A stretch of DNA of 64,000 nt from Bacillota bacterium (GCA_050951805.1 JBMNJT010000002.1:416001-480000); one strand, 5' to 3'; positions 1-10,922 are shown, numbered from the stretch's first letter. A program made the numbers and translations. The notes: generated by a model from the sequence alone, not told the origin.

Positions 1-771
1 AACATCGACTTCCGCAGAGCCATGGAGTGCCTCCTCGACAGAGACAGGATAATCGATGAAGTTTACAATGGCCTCGCAATCCCCGGCGGCGGCCTGGTGC
101 TCCCCTCCAACAAGGCCTTCTACAACCCGAAGATAGAGGAGATTATGAGGCCGTACGATCCACGCAAGGCCAATGCAGCCCTCGACAAGCTGGGCCTTGA
201 CAAGAGAGGCCGCGATGGGTTCAGGCTCTTCCCTGACGGCAAGAGGGTCGAGTTCACCCTCACCGTGGCCAGTGCGCCTCAGGATCACCAGGATATCGCC
301 TTGATCTTCAAGGAGGACCTGGAGAAGGCAGGAATCAAAGTCAATCTGCAGATCCTCGATGCCACGCTTGTAGGGAACATGTTCGGAGCAGGCAACTTCG
401 AGGCCGGAATAAGGGCCTTCGGAAACCAGCCCGACCTCGAGCTGAGGAAGGCGATATGGCAGCCGGGAACTCAGCTCTATTACTGGCACTACTCGACGCT
501 TGACAAGGATAACTTGGCCGCGATCACCAAAAACATGACTGATTGGGAGAAGAGAGTCTATCTTCTCTTTGATAGAGGGTCTGTTACAACTGATCCTGCC
601 AAGAGGAAAGAGATCTACGACGAGATCCAGGAGATCTACTACGACGTCGTCCCGGTGATCTTTGTGTGCAAGGGCATGAACTTGTTTGCAGCCAACAACT
701 CACTCGGCAACATATGGCAAGACAAGCAGGGCATAGTCTACTTCTCAAGCTACACAACGTACAGAAAGTAA
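1..771 (+). CDS. Peptide/oligosaccharide ABC transporter substrate-binding protein (family 5), C-terminal part; start lies before the window
   Basis: SBP_bac_5 C-terminal motifs (YDPRKANAALDKLG..DGFR, TTDPAKRKEIYDEIQ); frame is open from base 1; followed by oppBCDF-like genes. Confidence 0.9.
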   Translation, partial: NIDFRRAMECLLDRDRIIDEVYNGLAIPGGGLVLPSNKAFYNPKIEEIMRPYDPRKANAALDKLGLDKRGRDGFRLFPDGKRVEFTLTVASAPQDHQDIALIFKEDLEKAGIKVNLQILDATLVGNMFGAGNFEAGIRAFGNQPDLELRKAIWQPGTQLYYWHYSTLDKDNLAAITKNMTDWEKRVYLLFDRGSVTTDPAKRKEIYDEIQEIYYDVVPVIFVCKGMNLFAANNSLGNIWQDKQGIVYFSSYTTYRK

Positions 772-780
772 CGTTCGATA

Positions 781-805
781 AGGGGGAAGCGCCCCGCTTC
801 CCCCT
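781..805 (+). terminator. GC-rich stem-loop between the SBP and permease genes (attenuator or mRNA-stabilising hairpin)
   Basis: AGGGGGAAGCG-CCC-CGCTTCCCCCT, perfect 11-bp inverted repeat. Confidence 0.7.
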
Positions 806-838
806 GCTCTATTTGCACGTTTAGAGGAGAGGGCATGA

Positions 839-1807
839 ATGCGGGCATTCATAGCGAGACGTATATTGATCATGATTCCCATGATGCTCCTGGCGTCGGT
901 GATCTGTTTTTGGATCACAGAGCTTCAGCCTGGCGACTTTGTCAGTCAGTATCTGGATAACCCCAGGATATCACCGGAGCAGATCAGGCTGCTCAGGGAG
1001 AGACTAGGCCTCGACAAGCCAGCCCATGTCAGGTATTTCATGTGGCTGAAAGGCGTAGTCACCAAGTGGGACTTCGGTTACTCTTTCGCTTACGAACGGC
1101 CGGTCGGCGACCTCATATGGGAGCGAATGGGCTGGACGGTCACCATAGCCTTGCTCACAGTGGTCTTCCAGTGGCTTTTGGCCGTGCCGATGGGCATCTA
1201 CTCGGCCTTGCATCCCTATTCGCCCCTTGACTACACCCTGACCGTCATCGGGTTCATAGGGATCTCCGTTCCCGACTTCTTCCTCGCCCTAATACTTATG
1301 TACTGGTCGCTCAAGGCGGGCGCTACGTCTATAGGCGGGCTTTTTTCACCCCAGTTCATAGGCGCGCCGTGGAGTCTTGCGAAATTCGCCGACCTCCTGA
1401 GGCATCTTTGGATGCCCCTGGTCGTTGTGGGCTTGGGGGGCCTGGCCGGGCTGATGAGAGTCATGCGAGGCAACATGCTCGATGTCTTAGGATCGCCGTT
1501 TATCACATCGCTCAGGGCTTACGGCCTCGATGAGCGGACCGTCAAAAAGCATGCTGTGAAAAACGCCCTCAATCCCATGGTGAGCATTGCCGGGTCGGAG
1601 CTGCCCAACATATTTTCCGGGACAATAATTGCGGCCATCGTTCTCAATCTTCCGACGATGGGCCCGTTTTTCTATAACGCGCTGCTCAATCACGACCAAT
1701 ACCTGGTCATGGCTTTTCTGATGTTCATCGCACTCATTACGCAGATCGGGAATTTGCTTGCCGACATCGCGCTTGCCTTCCTCGATCCGAGAATAAGGAT
1801 GAGCTAG
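839..1807 (+). CDS. oppB: Oligopeptide ABC transporter permease (OppB/DppB family)
   Basis: LGLDKP..RYF.WL, DFGYSF, terminal LDPRIR motifs; RBS gaggag. Confidence 0.9.
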   Translation: MRAFIARRILIMIPMMLLASVICFWITELQPGDFVSQYLDNPRISPEQIRLLRERLGLDKPAHVRYFMWLKGVVTKWDFGYSFAYERPVGDLIWERMGWTVTIALLTVVFQWLLAVPMGIYSALHPYSPLDYTLTVIGFIGISVPDFFLALILMYWSLKAGATSIGGLFSPQFIGAPWSLAKFADLLRHLWMPLVVVGLGGLAGLMRVMRGNMLDVLGSPFITSLRAYGLDERTVKKHAVKNALNPMVSIAGSELPNIFSGTIIAAIVLNLPTMGPFFYNALLNHDQYLVMAFLMFIALITQIGNLLADIALAFLDPRIRMS

Positions 1808-1809
1808 GG

Positions 1810-2910
1810 GTGTCCACCATGGAAGGAACCAGGAAAAGAATTGCTGACAGCTTCTTCAAACACAAACTGGGTATGGTTGGCCTTGTTGTACTGATCATCT
1901 TCTACCTCGTTGTGATATTTGCCGATTTTGTGGCCCCCTACAACTTCGCCGAAACGCACAGAAACTTCATCTATGCGCCTCCTTCCAAGGTGAAGTGGGT
2001 TGACAGCTCTGGCAAATGGGTGGGGCCCCACATTCACGAAATGGTAAAGAGCAGGGATCCGGTCACGTATGAGCTGGTATATGCCGAGGATCCCGACAGT
2101 GTAGTTCCCCTGAAGTTCTTCGTGAGGGGGGAGAAATACAGGTTCCTCGGACTGTGGGAATCGGACTTGCACCTCTTCGGAGTAGAGGCATCTCCTGAAA
2201 AGGCGATGTTTCTGGTCTTTGGCGCCGACAGGTTTGGCCGCGACCTGTTTTCCAGGATAGTGATAGGCGGCAGGGTGTCGATGACCGTGGGACTGCTCGG
2301 AACCTTCCTCAGCGTGTTCATTGGCGCCATAGTTGGGGCGCTTTCAGGCTACTACGGGGGTTGGGTTGACGTGCTGATCCAACGGTTCACCGAACTTCTC
2401 AGATCTTTCCCGAGGATCCCACTGTGGCTGGCGCTTGCAGTGATAATCCCTCCTAGTTGGCCAAGCACCTGGGTCTACTTTGGAATCGTGACCGTGCTCT
2501 CCCTCATCGGCTGGATGGGGGTGGCCAGGGTGATGCGGGGGATGACATTGAGCCTCAGGGAGAAGGAATATGTCCTCGCAGCGAAGGTGATGGGCGTCTC
2601 GGATTGGAAGATCATCACCAAGCACCTGATACCGAACACCTTGAGCTATCTCATTGTAGTTTCGACCCTTTCGATCCCAGGGATGATACTGGGCGAAAGC
2701 ACCATCAGCTTCCTTGGGCTGGGCATCAAGGAGCCCATGACCAGTTGGGGATTACTGCTCAGCCAGGCCCAGTCCTTAAGCGAGCTCGAAGCCCATCCAT
2801 GGCTGATGGTGCCCGGAATATTCATAATGATTGCCGTGCTTTCCTTCAATTTCGTGGGTGATGCGCTGAGGGACGCGGTAGATCCGTATAGGACGGTAGA
2901 GAAGGTATGA
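1810..2910 (+). CDS. oppC: Oligopeptide ABC transporter permease (OppC/DppC family)
   Basis: GADRFGRDLFSR, EYVLAAKVMG (EAA loop), FNFVGDALRDA. Confidence 0.9.
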   Translation: MSTMEGTRKRIADSFFKHKLGMVGLVVLIIFYLVVIFADFVAPYNFAETHRNFIYAPPSKVKWVDSSGKWVGPHIHEMVKSRDPVTYELVYAEDPDSVVPLKFFVRGEKYRFLGLWESDLHLFGVEASPEKAMFLVFGADRFGRDLFSRIVIGGRVSMTVGLLGTFLSVFIGAIVGALSGYYGGWVDVLIQRFTELLRSFPRIPLWLALAVIIPPSWPSTWVYFGIVTVLSLIGWMGVARVMRGMTLSLREKEYVLAAKVMGVSDWKIITKHLIPNTLSYLIVVSTLSIPGMILGESTISFLGLGIKEPMTSWGLLLSQAQSLSELEAHPWLMVPGIFIMIAVLSFNFVGDALRDAVDPYRTVEKV

Positions 2911-3896
2911 CAACTGCATGCGAACGTATCCTCACTGTGTCGAACCTGAAAACGTATTTCCGCACGCCCGATGGCATCGTGCGCGCAGTCGACGATGTCA
3001 GTTTCCACCTAAACCGGGGCGAGGTCCTGGCCTTAGTGGGCGAATCCGGCTGTGGAAAGAGTGTGACTGCCCATTCCATAATGGGGCTGGTAAAAGCGCC
3101 TCCCGCAAAACTTGAGGGAAGCATCGTCTTTGACTGCCGCGAGCTGATCGGGCTTTCGTCCAGCGAATATCGAAAGATAAGAGGCATGCAGATCAGCATG
3201 GTCTTTCAGGAGCCCATGTCGTCATTTGACCCCCTGTACACAGTAGGCGAACAATTGATGGAGGTGGCACAAGCTCACATGCCGTGGGGTGAGGAAGAGG
3301 CGAAGGAGAGGATCATCGAGACATTGAGGCTTGTCCACATTCCCGAGCCCGATAAGCGCTACAGCGAGTACCCCCACCAGATGAGCGGAGGCATGCTCCA
3401 GAGGATCATGATAGCCATGGCTCTCATTACGAGCCCTAAGATCATAATCGCAGACGAACCCACGACGGCCCTGGATGTTACCATTCAGGCTCAGGTTTTA
3501 AACCTCATGCAGGACATCCAGAGCGAGTACGACGGTTCCATAATATTCATAACTCACGACCTCGGCACAGTGGCAGAGATTGCGGACCGGGTTCATGTGA
3601 TGTATGCAGGCAAGATAGTGGAGAAGGCGTCCGTTGTGGAGCTCTTTGACAACCCCCTGCACCCATACACAGCGGGGCTTTTGGCCTCCCGTGTCCGACG
3701 AGAATACAAGGGCCAAGACCTGCCATACATCGAAGGCTACGTGCCCAGAGCCGACCAGTTTCCCGAAGGGTGTAGGTTCAACCCGAGGTGTCTGCGGGCA
3801 ACGGCCAAGTGCAGGGAACTTCAGCCTCCCGATCTCGAGCCTGCGCCTGGCCATACCGTTGCCTGCTGGCTTTATGAGGGGGGTGATGGAAGATGA
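2907..3896 (+). CDS. oppD: Oligopeptide ABC transporter ATP-binding protein (OppD/DppD)
   Basis: Walker A GESGCGKS, signature [18 protein letters not shown]-terminal Cys cluster. Confidence 0.93.
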   Translation: MTTACERILTVSNLKTYFRTPDGIVRAVDDVSFHLNRGEVLALVGESGCGKSVTAHSIMGLVKAPPAKLEGSIVFDCRELIGLSSSEYRKIRGMQISMVFQEPMSSFDPLYTVGEQLMEVAQAHMPWGEEEAKERIIETLRLVHIPEPDKRYSEYPHQMSGGMLQRIMIAMALITSPKIIIADEPTTALDVTIQAQVLNLMQDIQSEYDGSIIFITHDLGTVAEIADRVHVMYAGKIVEKASVVELFDNPLHPYTAGLLASRVRREYKGQDLPYIEGYVPRADQFPEGCRFNPRCLRATAKCRELQPPDLEPAPGHTVACWLYEGGDGR

Positions 3897-4906
3897 AGAT
3901 ACTGTCCACAACGGGGCTGAAGAAGTACTTTCCCATAAGGTCGGGGGTGTTTCTGCAAGTTACAGGGTATGTAAGGGCACTGGAATCGACCGACTTCGAG
4001 ATAAACGAAGGAGAGACCATCGGCATCGTCGGCGAGTCCGGGTGCGGCAAGAGTACCCTCGGGAGGACGTTGGTGAAGATCTACGAGCCCACTGCAGGGA
4101 CGATAACCTACTATGATCCTCTCGGGGCGAGCCACGACATCTCAAAAGGCCTTGGCCGAGATGTGAGGCAGACATTTAGAAAAGACGTGCAGATGATATT
4201 CCAAAACCCCTTCGATTCACTCAATCCGAGGATGACAATACGGGACATAATCCGCGAACCCATCGAGACCCACAAACTCTTCGATGACGTGGCGGCAATG
4301 GATGAGCGTGTCGCAGAACTTTTGACCCGGGTGGGCTTGTACCCCGAATACGCCCAGAGATATCCCCATGAGTTCTCCGGAGGCCAGCGACAGCGGATCG
4401 CGGTGGCGCGCTCGATCGCGGTCAATCCTAGGCTTCTCATATGCGATGAGCCCACGTCGGCTCTGGACGTCTCCGTTCAGAGCCAGATCATCAACTTGCT
4501 AAAGGAGATACAGCGGGAGACGGGCATGTCTCTCATCTTCATCTCCCACAATCTGGACGTGGTCCATCACATGAGCGACAGGATCATGGTGATGTACCTT
4601 GGCAATGTTGTGGAATCAGCGCCTGCCTCGGAGCTTTTCGACGAACCGGCTCACCCCTACACGAGTGCGTTGATGTCGGCCATCCCCAGCTGGAATCCGA
4701 AAGACCGCAAGCTGGCTAAAGTCAAGCTTGAGGGGGAACCGCCCAGCCCCATCAATCCGCCGTCGGGTTGCCCGTTCCATCCGAGGTGTCCGCACGCGAT
4801 GGAGCTTTGTCATGAGATCAAGCCCGAGCCGCAAGAGGTGAACGATGGACACCTGTGCGCCTGCCATCTGCATGCTCGGGCGGATGCAGAGGTTGCTGCG
4901 AGGTAG
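3893..4906 (+). CDS. oppF: Oligopeptide ABC transporter ATP-binding protein (OppF/AppF)
   Basis: [37 protein letters not shown]. Confidence 0.93.
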   Translation: MKILSTTGLKKYFPIRSGVFLQVTGYVRALESTDFEINEGETIGIVGESGCGKSTLGRTLVKIYEPTAGTITYYDPLGASHDISKGLGRDVRQTFRKDVQMIFQNPFDSLNPRMTIRDIIREPIETHKLFDDVAAMDERVAELLTRVGLYPEYAQRYPHEFSGGQRQRIAVARSIAVNPRLLICDEPTSALDVSVQSQIINLLKEIQRETGMSLIFISHNLDVVHHMSDRIMVMYLGNVVESAPASELFDEPAHPYTSALMSAIPSWNPKDRKLAKVKLEGEPPSPINPPSGCPFHPRCPHAMELCHEIKPEPQEVNDGHLCACHLHARADAEVAAR

Positions 4907-4974
4907 TTGAGTTAGGCGCCCCAGGCCACAAGCTGGCGTGACCGGCGCGGAAAGTGGTGGTGCTTGTGGAGAAT

Positions 4975-5883
4975 ATGGACTACGCTGATCTTGCCACAGA
5001 GGAAACGAACCCCAGATCCCGTGGGCTAGACCGGATGAGCACAGTGCAGATCCTTGAGGTTATGAACGAGGAGGATCGGCGCGTGCCCGAGGTCGTAGCC
5101 AGGGCTATTCCGGAGATCGCAAAGGCTGTTGACATGATCGTGGCGCGTATGGCCGCAGGCGGAAGGCTCCTGTACGTGGGCGCCGGGACTAGCGGGCGCC
5201 TGGGGATCCTGGATGCCGTGGAATGCGTCCCCACGTTCGGAGTAGATCCAAACCAGGTTTCTGCCGTGATCGCCGGCGGACCTGGAGCCGTATTCCATTC
5301 TGTTGAAGCCGCAGAGGATGACGAGTCGTCAGGGGTTCGCGATGTTGCGGAGTCAATCACGGAATTGGATGTTGTGGTTGGAATATCCGCAAGCGGCGTT
5401 ACCCCTTACGTTCAGGGAGCATTGAAAGCGGCGAAAGAAGTCGGCGCGGGCACTGTGGCGATCGTGTGCAACCACGCCGATAAGCTGGACCTTGATGTAG
5501 ATGTTGTTATATCCCTGCCCGTCGGCGCTGAAGTGCTCACAGGCTCCACCCGCCTCAAAGCCGGAACTGCCCAAAAGCTCGTCCTTAACATGATATCCAC
5601 TGCCACAATGGTCAAGCTGGGCAAGGTGTACGACAACCTCATGGTGGACATGCAGGCGACCAACAGGAAACTGAAGCGTCGTGCTGTGAGAATCGTATCC
5701 ACCGTCACGGGGCTGGATGAAGAGGTCAGCGAGGATTTGCTGGATAAGGCGGGCGGGAACATCAAGACCGCCATCGTTATGGCGTTGGCATCAGTCAATA
5801 GGCGCGAGGCCGAGCGTGCTCTGGAGAAGGCGTGTGGGCACACCAGAAATGCGGTACAGGCGGCCATAGAGCGCACGAGGTGA
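4975..5883 (+). CDS. murQ: N-acetylmuramic acid 6-phosphate etherase
   Basis: TEETNP, GAGTSGRLGILDAVECVPTFG, GSTRLKAGTAQKLVLNMIST, GKVYDNLMVD. Confidence 0.96.
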   Translation: MDYADLATEETNPRSRGLDRMSTVQILEVMNEEDRRVPEVVARAIPEIAKAVDMIVARMAAGGRLLYVGAGTSGRLGILDAVECVPTFGVDPNQVSAVIAGGPGAVFHSVEAAEDDESSGVRDVAESITELDVVVGISASGVTPYVQGALKAAKEVGAGTVAIVCNHADKLDLDVDVVISLPVGAEVLTGSTRLKAGTAQKLVLNMISTATMVKLGKVYDNLMVDMQATNRKLKRRAVRIVSTVTGLDEEVSEDLLDKAGGNIKTAIVMALASVNRREAERALEKACGHTRNAVQAAIERTR

Positions 5884-5889
5884 GGAGAA

Positions 5890-6918
5890 ATGCCTGCTGA
5901 ACGATTTCCTCTTTTACCAGGCGTTGGACACGGAGGCGAAGCCGGACTCCTTTTGGGTGTAGACGGCGGCGGGACGAGGACAGATTGTCTGCTTGCCACC
6001 CTGGACGGCGTTGTAATAGGCCGAGGATCCTCCGGCCCTTCCAACCTTCAAGCGGTCGGAATTGATGTGGCGGTTTGTGAGATAGAAAAGGCCGTCAGAT
6101 TGGCCATGCGCGAGGCGGCATGTTCCGGCGGGACGGCGAGAATCACTTCGGCATGCTTCGGCCTAGCGGGCGCCGGCCGTAAGCGCGACCGCGACATGAT
6201 TGAAATGAGGCTTCGTCAGCTGCTTGCAGAAGTCTGTTCCCCGGATGCGCCGTTTCCTGCGCTCACCGTGGTCAACGATGGGATCATTGCGCTTGCCGGG
6301 GCGAATGCGGGCGAGCCCGGCGTAGTAGTGATCGCGGGGACCGGATCCTTGGCGTATGGCGTGTCGCCTGATGGCCGGGAGGCGCGAGCAGGGGGATGGG
6401 GATACATCCTCGGGGATGAGGGTTCTGCATACGATATTGGAGTTAAAGGGCTCCGTGAGGCGCTCCGGGCGGCGGACGGGAGGCAGATTCCCACATGTTT
6501 GACGGAAGACCTCGCTGTTGCGCTCGAGATCGAAGAGATTGAAGATGTTGTTTCAGTGGTGTATTCGGGGATGACGAGACCGGAGATCGCGGCGCTAGCC
6601 CCTGTAGTTGCCAAGGCGGCCGAAAAGGGAGATCATGTCGCACAGGACATAGTTGTCGATGCGGGCCGAGAACTTGGACTGATGGCCTTAGCGGTAATCC
6701 ATCGACTCGGGATGAGCGGCGGCGCTGGCAACGTTGCAGCCGTCGGCGGCGTGCTCGAGTCCAACGAGATGGCGCTCGACGCCATGCGAGGCAGGGTGAA
6801 GGTATCGGCGCCCGCGTGGTCTGTTGAGCGAGGCAAATTTTCGCCGGCGGTTGGCGCCCTGCTTGTCGCCGGACGGGCGATTGGGGGCGGCTCGATCGAC
6901 GAGGACCACGCCAGATAA
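5890..6918 (+). CDS. BadF/BadG/BcrA/BcrD-family N-acetylglucosamine/MurNAc kinase (MurK-like)
   Basis: GVDGGGTRT, IAGTGS, RAGGWGYILGDEGSAY; amino-sugar operon context. Confidence 0.88.
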   Translation: MPAERFPLLPGVGHGGEAGLLLGVDGGGTRTDCLLATLDGVVIGRGSSGPSNLQAVGIDVAVCEIEKAVRLAMREAACSGGTARITSACFGLAGAGRKRDRDMIEMRLRQLLAEVCSPDAPFPALTVVNDGIIALAGANAGEPGVVVIAGTGSLAYGVSPDGREARAGGWGYILGDEGSAYDIGVKGLREALRAADGRQIPTCLTEDLAVALEIEEIEDVVSVVYSGMTRPEIAALAPVVAKAAEKGDHVAQDIVVDAGRELGLMALAVIHRLGMSGGAGNVAAVGGVLESNEMALDAMRGRVKVSAPAWSVERGKFSPAVGALLVAGRAIGGGSIDEDHAR

Positions 6919-6973
6919 CGTCTGTAGTTGATGGGGCAGTTGGGTGGCTGGGTGATGGAAAGGCGGGGGTAGA

Positions 6974-8617
6974 ATGGAACTGCTTGATTCCATGAACATT
7001 GAAGAAAAAATAGGGCAGATGGTAATGGTGGGTCTGGATGGCCCCGAGCTTACGTCATCTGATCAGGAATTTATCGACAAGTACAAGATCGGCAACGTAG
7101 TCTTCCTCGGAAGGAACATAATCGATCCGAAGCAGGCACAGTCTCTCACCTACGGGCTCCAGGAGACCGCCTCCAGGCGCCGCCATCCAATAGGATTCCT
7201 CCTCTCCATCGACCAGGAGGGCGGGGTGGTTGCCCGGCTGACAAGGGGCGGGACTGTGTTTCCTGGGAACATGGCCCTCGGGGCGACCCGGTCAGAGGAG
7301 TACGCACGCCGGGCAGCCAAGGTGACGGCGGACGAGATGCTTGCCCTGGGATTTAACATGAACCTCGCGCCGGTACTCGATGTTAACAGCAATCCCAACA
7401 ACCCCGGGATAGGGGTCCGCTCATTCGGGGAGGACGTCGATATGGTGACCCGGCTCGGAGTTGCGACTATCGAGGCTTACCAGGCCTCGGGGGTGGTAGC
7501 CACTGCAAAGCATTTTCCGGGGAAGGGCGATGTCACAGTAGACTCCCACCTCGACCTGCCTACCGTTCCCCATAACAGAGAGAGGTTGGAGAGGGTGGAG
7601 TTTGCCCCGTTTGCAGCTTCCATACGAGCAGGGGTTGGGGCCGTCATGACCGCCCACGTATTTTTCCCGGCCGTGGAGGCGGAACCTGACCTTCCGGCGA
7701 CTCTTTCCCGAAAAGTGCTCACGGGCCTGCTCAGGGAAGAGCTGGGGTTTGGCGGAGTGCTGCTCACAGACGACCTCTTCATGGGCGCCATCGCGAAAAG
7801 GTTTTCCATCGACGAGGCGGCAGTGCGGGCGCTGGAGGCTGGGGCGGATATCGCTCTGCTCTGTCACAATCAGGCCGAGCAGGCCGTGGCGATTGAGGGC
7901 ATATGGGATGCTGTGAGGAGTGGAAGGATCTCAGAGGAGAGGGTGGATGAATCGGTCAGGCGAATTTTGGGGCTCAAGGAACGTTTCGGCTTGCTTGCTC
8001 CAGAGAGATACCTCGTCCGACGCAGCCTGAAGCCGGTAGGAAGCCCGGAAAATCGTCGTGTTGCCCTGGAGATCGCAAGGGATTCGGTGACCCTTGTTGC
8101 GAATAGACAGGCACTCATTCCCATGACGCCGGAGGATTACCCGGGCCTTGTAGTCATGTCTCCCGACATCCGAGGGCTGACACAGGTCGAAGACGGTCAA
8201 CTGGCGGAATCTCCGCTTGTTGCAGAGATCAAGCGCTTTGTTCCTGGGGTTCGGGATTTCGGTTTTTCCCAGTCCCCCGATGAACGGGAAATAGCGGAGG
8301 CGGTCAGTTTTGCGAGCGCCAAAGATGCGGTGATTATCGGCACATACAACGCCCACCTCTACCGAGAGCAAGGCAGACTGGTCAGGGCTTTGCTGGAGGC
8401 GCTCGATCCAAACATCCCCGTGGTGGTTGTGGCGCTCAGGAATCCATACGACATTCAACAGTTCCCGTCTGCAGAGACGTACATAGCCGCCTACGGGTTC
8501 AGGGAGTGCACGATGCGAGCCGTGGCGGAACTTATCTTCGGCGCGATCGCGCCCAAAGGGAGGCTGCCCGTTTCCATCCCGGGGATATGCGCTTGCGGGG
8601 CCGGGTTGACTCAATAG
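6974..8617 (+). CDS. nagZ: GH3 beta-N-acetylhexosaminidase (cytoplasmic, two-domain)
   Basis: IDQEGG.V.RL, APVLDVN, RSFGED, KHFPG-G-VTVDSH, TDDL; no signal peptide. Confidence 0.92.
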   Translation: MELLDSMNIEEKIGQMVMVGLDGPELTSSDQEFIDKYKIGNVVFLGRNIIDPKQAQSLTYGLQETASRRRHPIGFLLSIDQEGGVVARLTRGGTVFPGNMALGATRSEEYARRAAKVTADEMLALGFNMNLAPVLDVNSNPNNPGIGVRSFGEDVDMVTRLGVATIEAYQASGVVATAKHFPGKGDVTVDSHLDLPTVPHNRERLERVEFAPFAASIRAGVGAVMTAHVFFPAVEAEPDLPATLSRKVLTGLLREELGFGGVLLTDDLFMGAIAKRFSIDEAAVRALEAGADIALLCHNQAEQAVAIEGIWDAVRSGRISEERVDESVRRILGLKERFGLLAPERYLVRRSLKPVGSPENRRVALEIARDSVTLVANRQALIPMTPEDYPGLVVMSPDIRGLTQVEDGQLAESPLVAEIKRFVPGVRDFGFSQSPDEREIAEAVSFASAKDAVIIGTYNAHLYREQGRLVRALLEALDPNIPVVVVALRNPYDIQQFPSAETYIAAYGFRECTMRAVAELIFGAIAPKGRLPVSIPGICACGAGLTQ

Positions 8618-8636
8618 GGAGGAGAGTCGGGTCGCT

Positions 8637-9833
8637 TTGTGTTCAACGATGAAGGTTGTGGGCCTTATGTCAGGCACATCCGCTGACGGCATAGATGCTG
8701 CCCTAGTGGAGATAGAGGATCGGGATTCGGGCCTGAAAGCGGAGACGTTGGCGTTTGGCAATTACCACTATCCTGAGAGAGTGAGAGAGAAGATATTCGA
8801 GCTTTTCTCCCCCAAAACGTCTTCAGCGGATAGAATATGCAGGTTCAACTTCGTGCTGGGCAGGCTCTTTGCAGATGCTGCGGTTTCTGTAATAGAGCAG
8901 GCGGGCTTGGAATTGGGAGATGTAGATCTCGTGGCCATGCACGGCCAGACCGTATGCCATCTGCCCTGGGCAGGAGAAGGGGAGTTCCAAGTCCCTTCAA
9001 CACTCCAAATAGGCGAGCCCGCGGTAGTGGCCGAGCGCACCGGCATAACCGTCATCTCGAACTTCAGGTCGCGCGATATTGCAGCAGGCGGCCAGGGGGC
9101 TCCATTGGTACCTTATGCCGATTACATCCTCTTTCGCCATGAGGACAAGACGAGGGTTGTGCAGAATATAGGGGGGATTGCCAATATGACGGTCCTGCCC
9201 CGCGGCGCGCGGCCTCAGGATGTGATCGCTTTCGACAATGGGCCGGGGAACATGGTGATAGATGCGGTGGTGAGCGAAGTCACTGGGGGATGCATGGATT
9301 ACGATGTGGACGGGGCTATTGCGGCAAGGGGCAGAGTGGTAGAGGAATTCGTGGCGGAGCTGATGGATCATCCTTTTGTGCGGATTGAGCCTCCCAAGAG
9401 CACGGGGAGAGAGGAATTCGGCGCGGAGTATGTAAAGAGTGTCATGGCTCGGGCGCGGACCTTAGGAATCGGCGACGAGGACATTGTCGCGTCTGTCACG
9501 GCTTTTACCGCTGAATGCATCGGCAAGCATCTGAGCGACTTGGTGGTGCCTGAATATGGGTTGGACGAGCTGATCATCGGGGGAGGCGGCGCCTACAATC
9601 CCACCTTGATGAGGATGATCAGGGAGCGAGTGGATCCTGTGCCTGTTGTAACTCACGAGGCGTATGGGATATCGAGCGATGCCAAAGAGGCCATCGCTTT
9701 TGCGATCCTCGGATATCTCGGCATACATGGGATCCCGGCGAATCTGCCTAGCGCGACCGGCGCCCATCACCAGGTTCTGCTCGGATCCATAACGCCCGGG
9801 CGCCGGTCGGAGAAGATATGGGATCGGCTTTAG
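8637..9833 (+). CDS. anmK: Anhydro-N-acetylmuramic acid kinase
   Basis: GLMSGTSADGIDAAL, HGQTVCH, DIAAGGQGAPLVP, NIGGIAN, FDNGPGN, KSTGREEF. Confidence 0.96.
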   Translation: MCSTMKVVGLMSGTSADGIDAALVEIEDRDSGLKAETLAFGNYHYPERVREKIFELFSPKTSSADRICRFNFVLGRLFADAAVSVIEQAGLELGDVDLVAMHGQTVCHLPWAGEGEFQVPSTLQIGEPAVVAERTGITVISNFRSRDIAAGGQGAPLVPYADYILFRHEDKTRVVQNIGGIANMTVLPRGARPQDVIAFDNGPGNMVIDAVVSEVTGGCMDYDVDGAIAARGRVVEEFVAELMDHPFVRIEPPKSTGREEFGAEYVKSVMARARTLGIGDEDIVASVTAFTAECIGKHLSDLVVPEYGLDELIIGGGGAYNPTLMRMIRERVDPVPVVTHEAYGISSDAKEAIAFAILGYLGIHGIPANLPSATGAHHQVLLGSITPGRRSEKIWDRL

Positions 9834-9868
9834 GCTACACAAGGACACTTTGAGGGGGCAGGAGACAG

Positions 9869-10759
9869 ATGACAAATGACAGAGATGAAAACAGGGTGCA
9901 GCAGACTAAGAATGCCGACTACTGCCTCGTAACTATCCGCGGACGATATCCTTCTCTTGCTCCTGCCGAGCAGAAAGTCGCATTCTTCATCCTCGAGCAC
10001 CCTGAAGCCGCCGCCGAGATGACCTCGGTTCAGCTGGCTGCAGCTGCAGGAGTGAGCGAGTCGACTGTGGTGAAATGCTGCCAACGCCTTGGATTCACAG
10101 GATTTTCCCAATTCAAGTTGGCGTTGGTCAGAGAACTCGCTACCAGCAGGGAGGGTGCGTTCGGCGAAGTTGAGCCTGGAGACGATGTACCCGCCATCTG
10201 CGACAAGATATTCACGGCAACGCTTCAGGCGGTTGAAGATACAGCTAAGGTGCTTGACCCCTCCGAGGTTGCCCGCGCAGCAGAGGCCATACATCGTGCC
10301 AGACGGTTGTTCTTCTTCGGCGTAGGCTCCTCAGGGGTGGTTGCCCAAGACGCCCAGCTCAAGTTCATGCGCATAGGGATGACAGCCTTCAGCTATCTTG
10401 ATACCCATGCTCAGCTTACACAGGCTGCTCTGCTGAATCCAGAGGATGTGGCGGTGGTGATAACCTACTCAGGCCGGACGAGGGAGGCCATGGATGTCAT
10501 CGATCTTGCGCGGGAATGTGGGGCGTGTACGGTCTGCATCACGAATTTTCCGACTTCGCCCGCGGCTGTGGGCTCTGATATCGTGCTCTGCACCACGGCA
10601 CACGAGGCCACTGGGCTCAGGGGAGGGGCGATGACCTCTCGGCTGACACAGCTTGCCGTGATCGACTGCCTTTTCACCGCAGTGGCCATGAAAGAATCAG
10701 ACGAGGCAATGGAGCTCCTCATGAAAACCGTGGATGCCCTGGCATCGAGGAAGATCTAG
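9869..10759 (+). CDS. murR: MurR/RpiR-family transcriptional regulator (HTH + SIS)
   Basis: LAAAAGVSESTVVKCCQRLGFTGFSQFK HTH; SIS motifs GVGSS, YSGRT. Confidence 0.88.
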   Translation: MTNDRDENRVQQTKNADYCLVTIRGRYPSLAPAEQKVAFFILEHPEAAAEMTSVQLAAAAGVSESTVVKCCQRLGFTGFSQFKLALVRELATSREGAFGEVEPGDDVPAICDKIFTATLQAVEDTAKVLDPSEVARAAEAIHRARRLFFFGVGSSGVVAQDAQLKFMRIGMTAFSYLDTHAQLTQAALLNPEDVAVVITYSGRTREAMDVIDLARECGACTVCITNFPTSPAAVGSDIVLCTTAHEATGLRGGAMTSRLTQLAVIDCLFTAVAMKESDEAMELLMKTVDALASRKI

Positions 10760-10922
10760 ATGGCTTTCGAGTGGTGTTCGGAAGGTGGGGATATTGGTCC
10801 CTAGGTACGTTTTTCACTGCCTGCCAGAGAACCGGGGATTGGTGTGAAGTGATGGGGCTAGGAGGATCTGTGGCGTGATCAATCGAGCCGGACTGCAGCA
10901 GCCCGAAGTGGAGGGGTGGAAC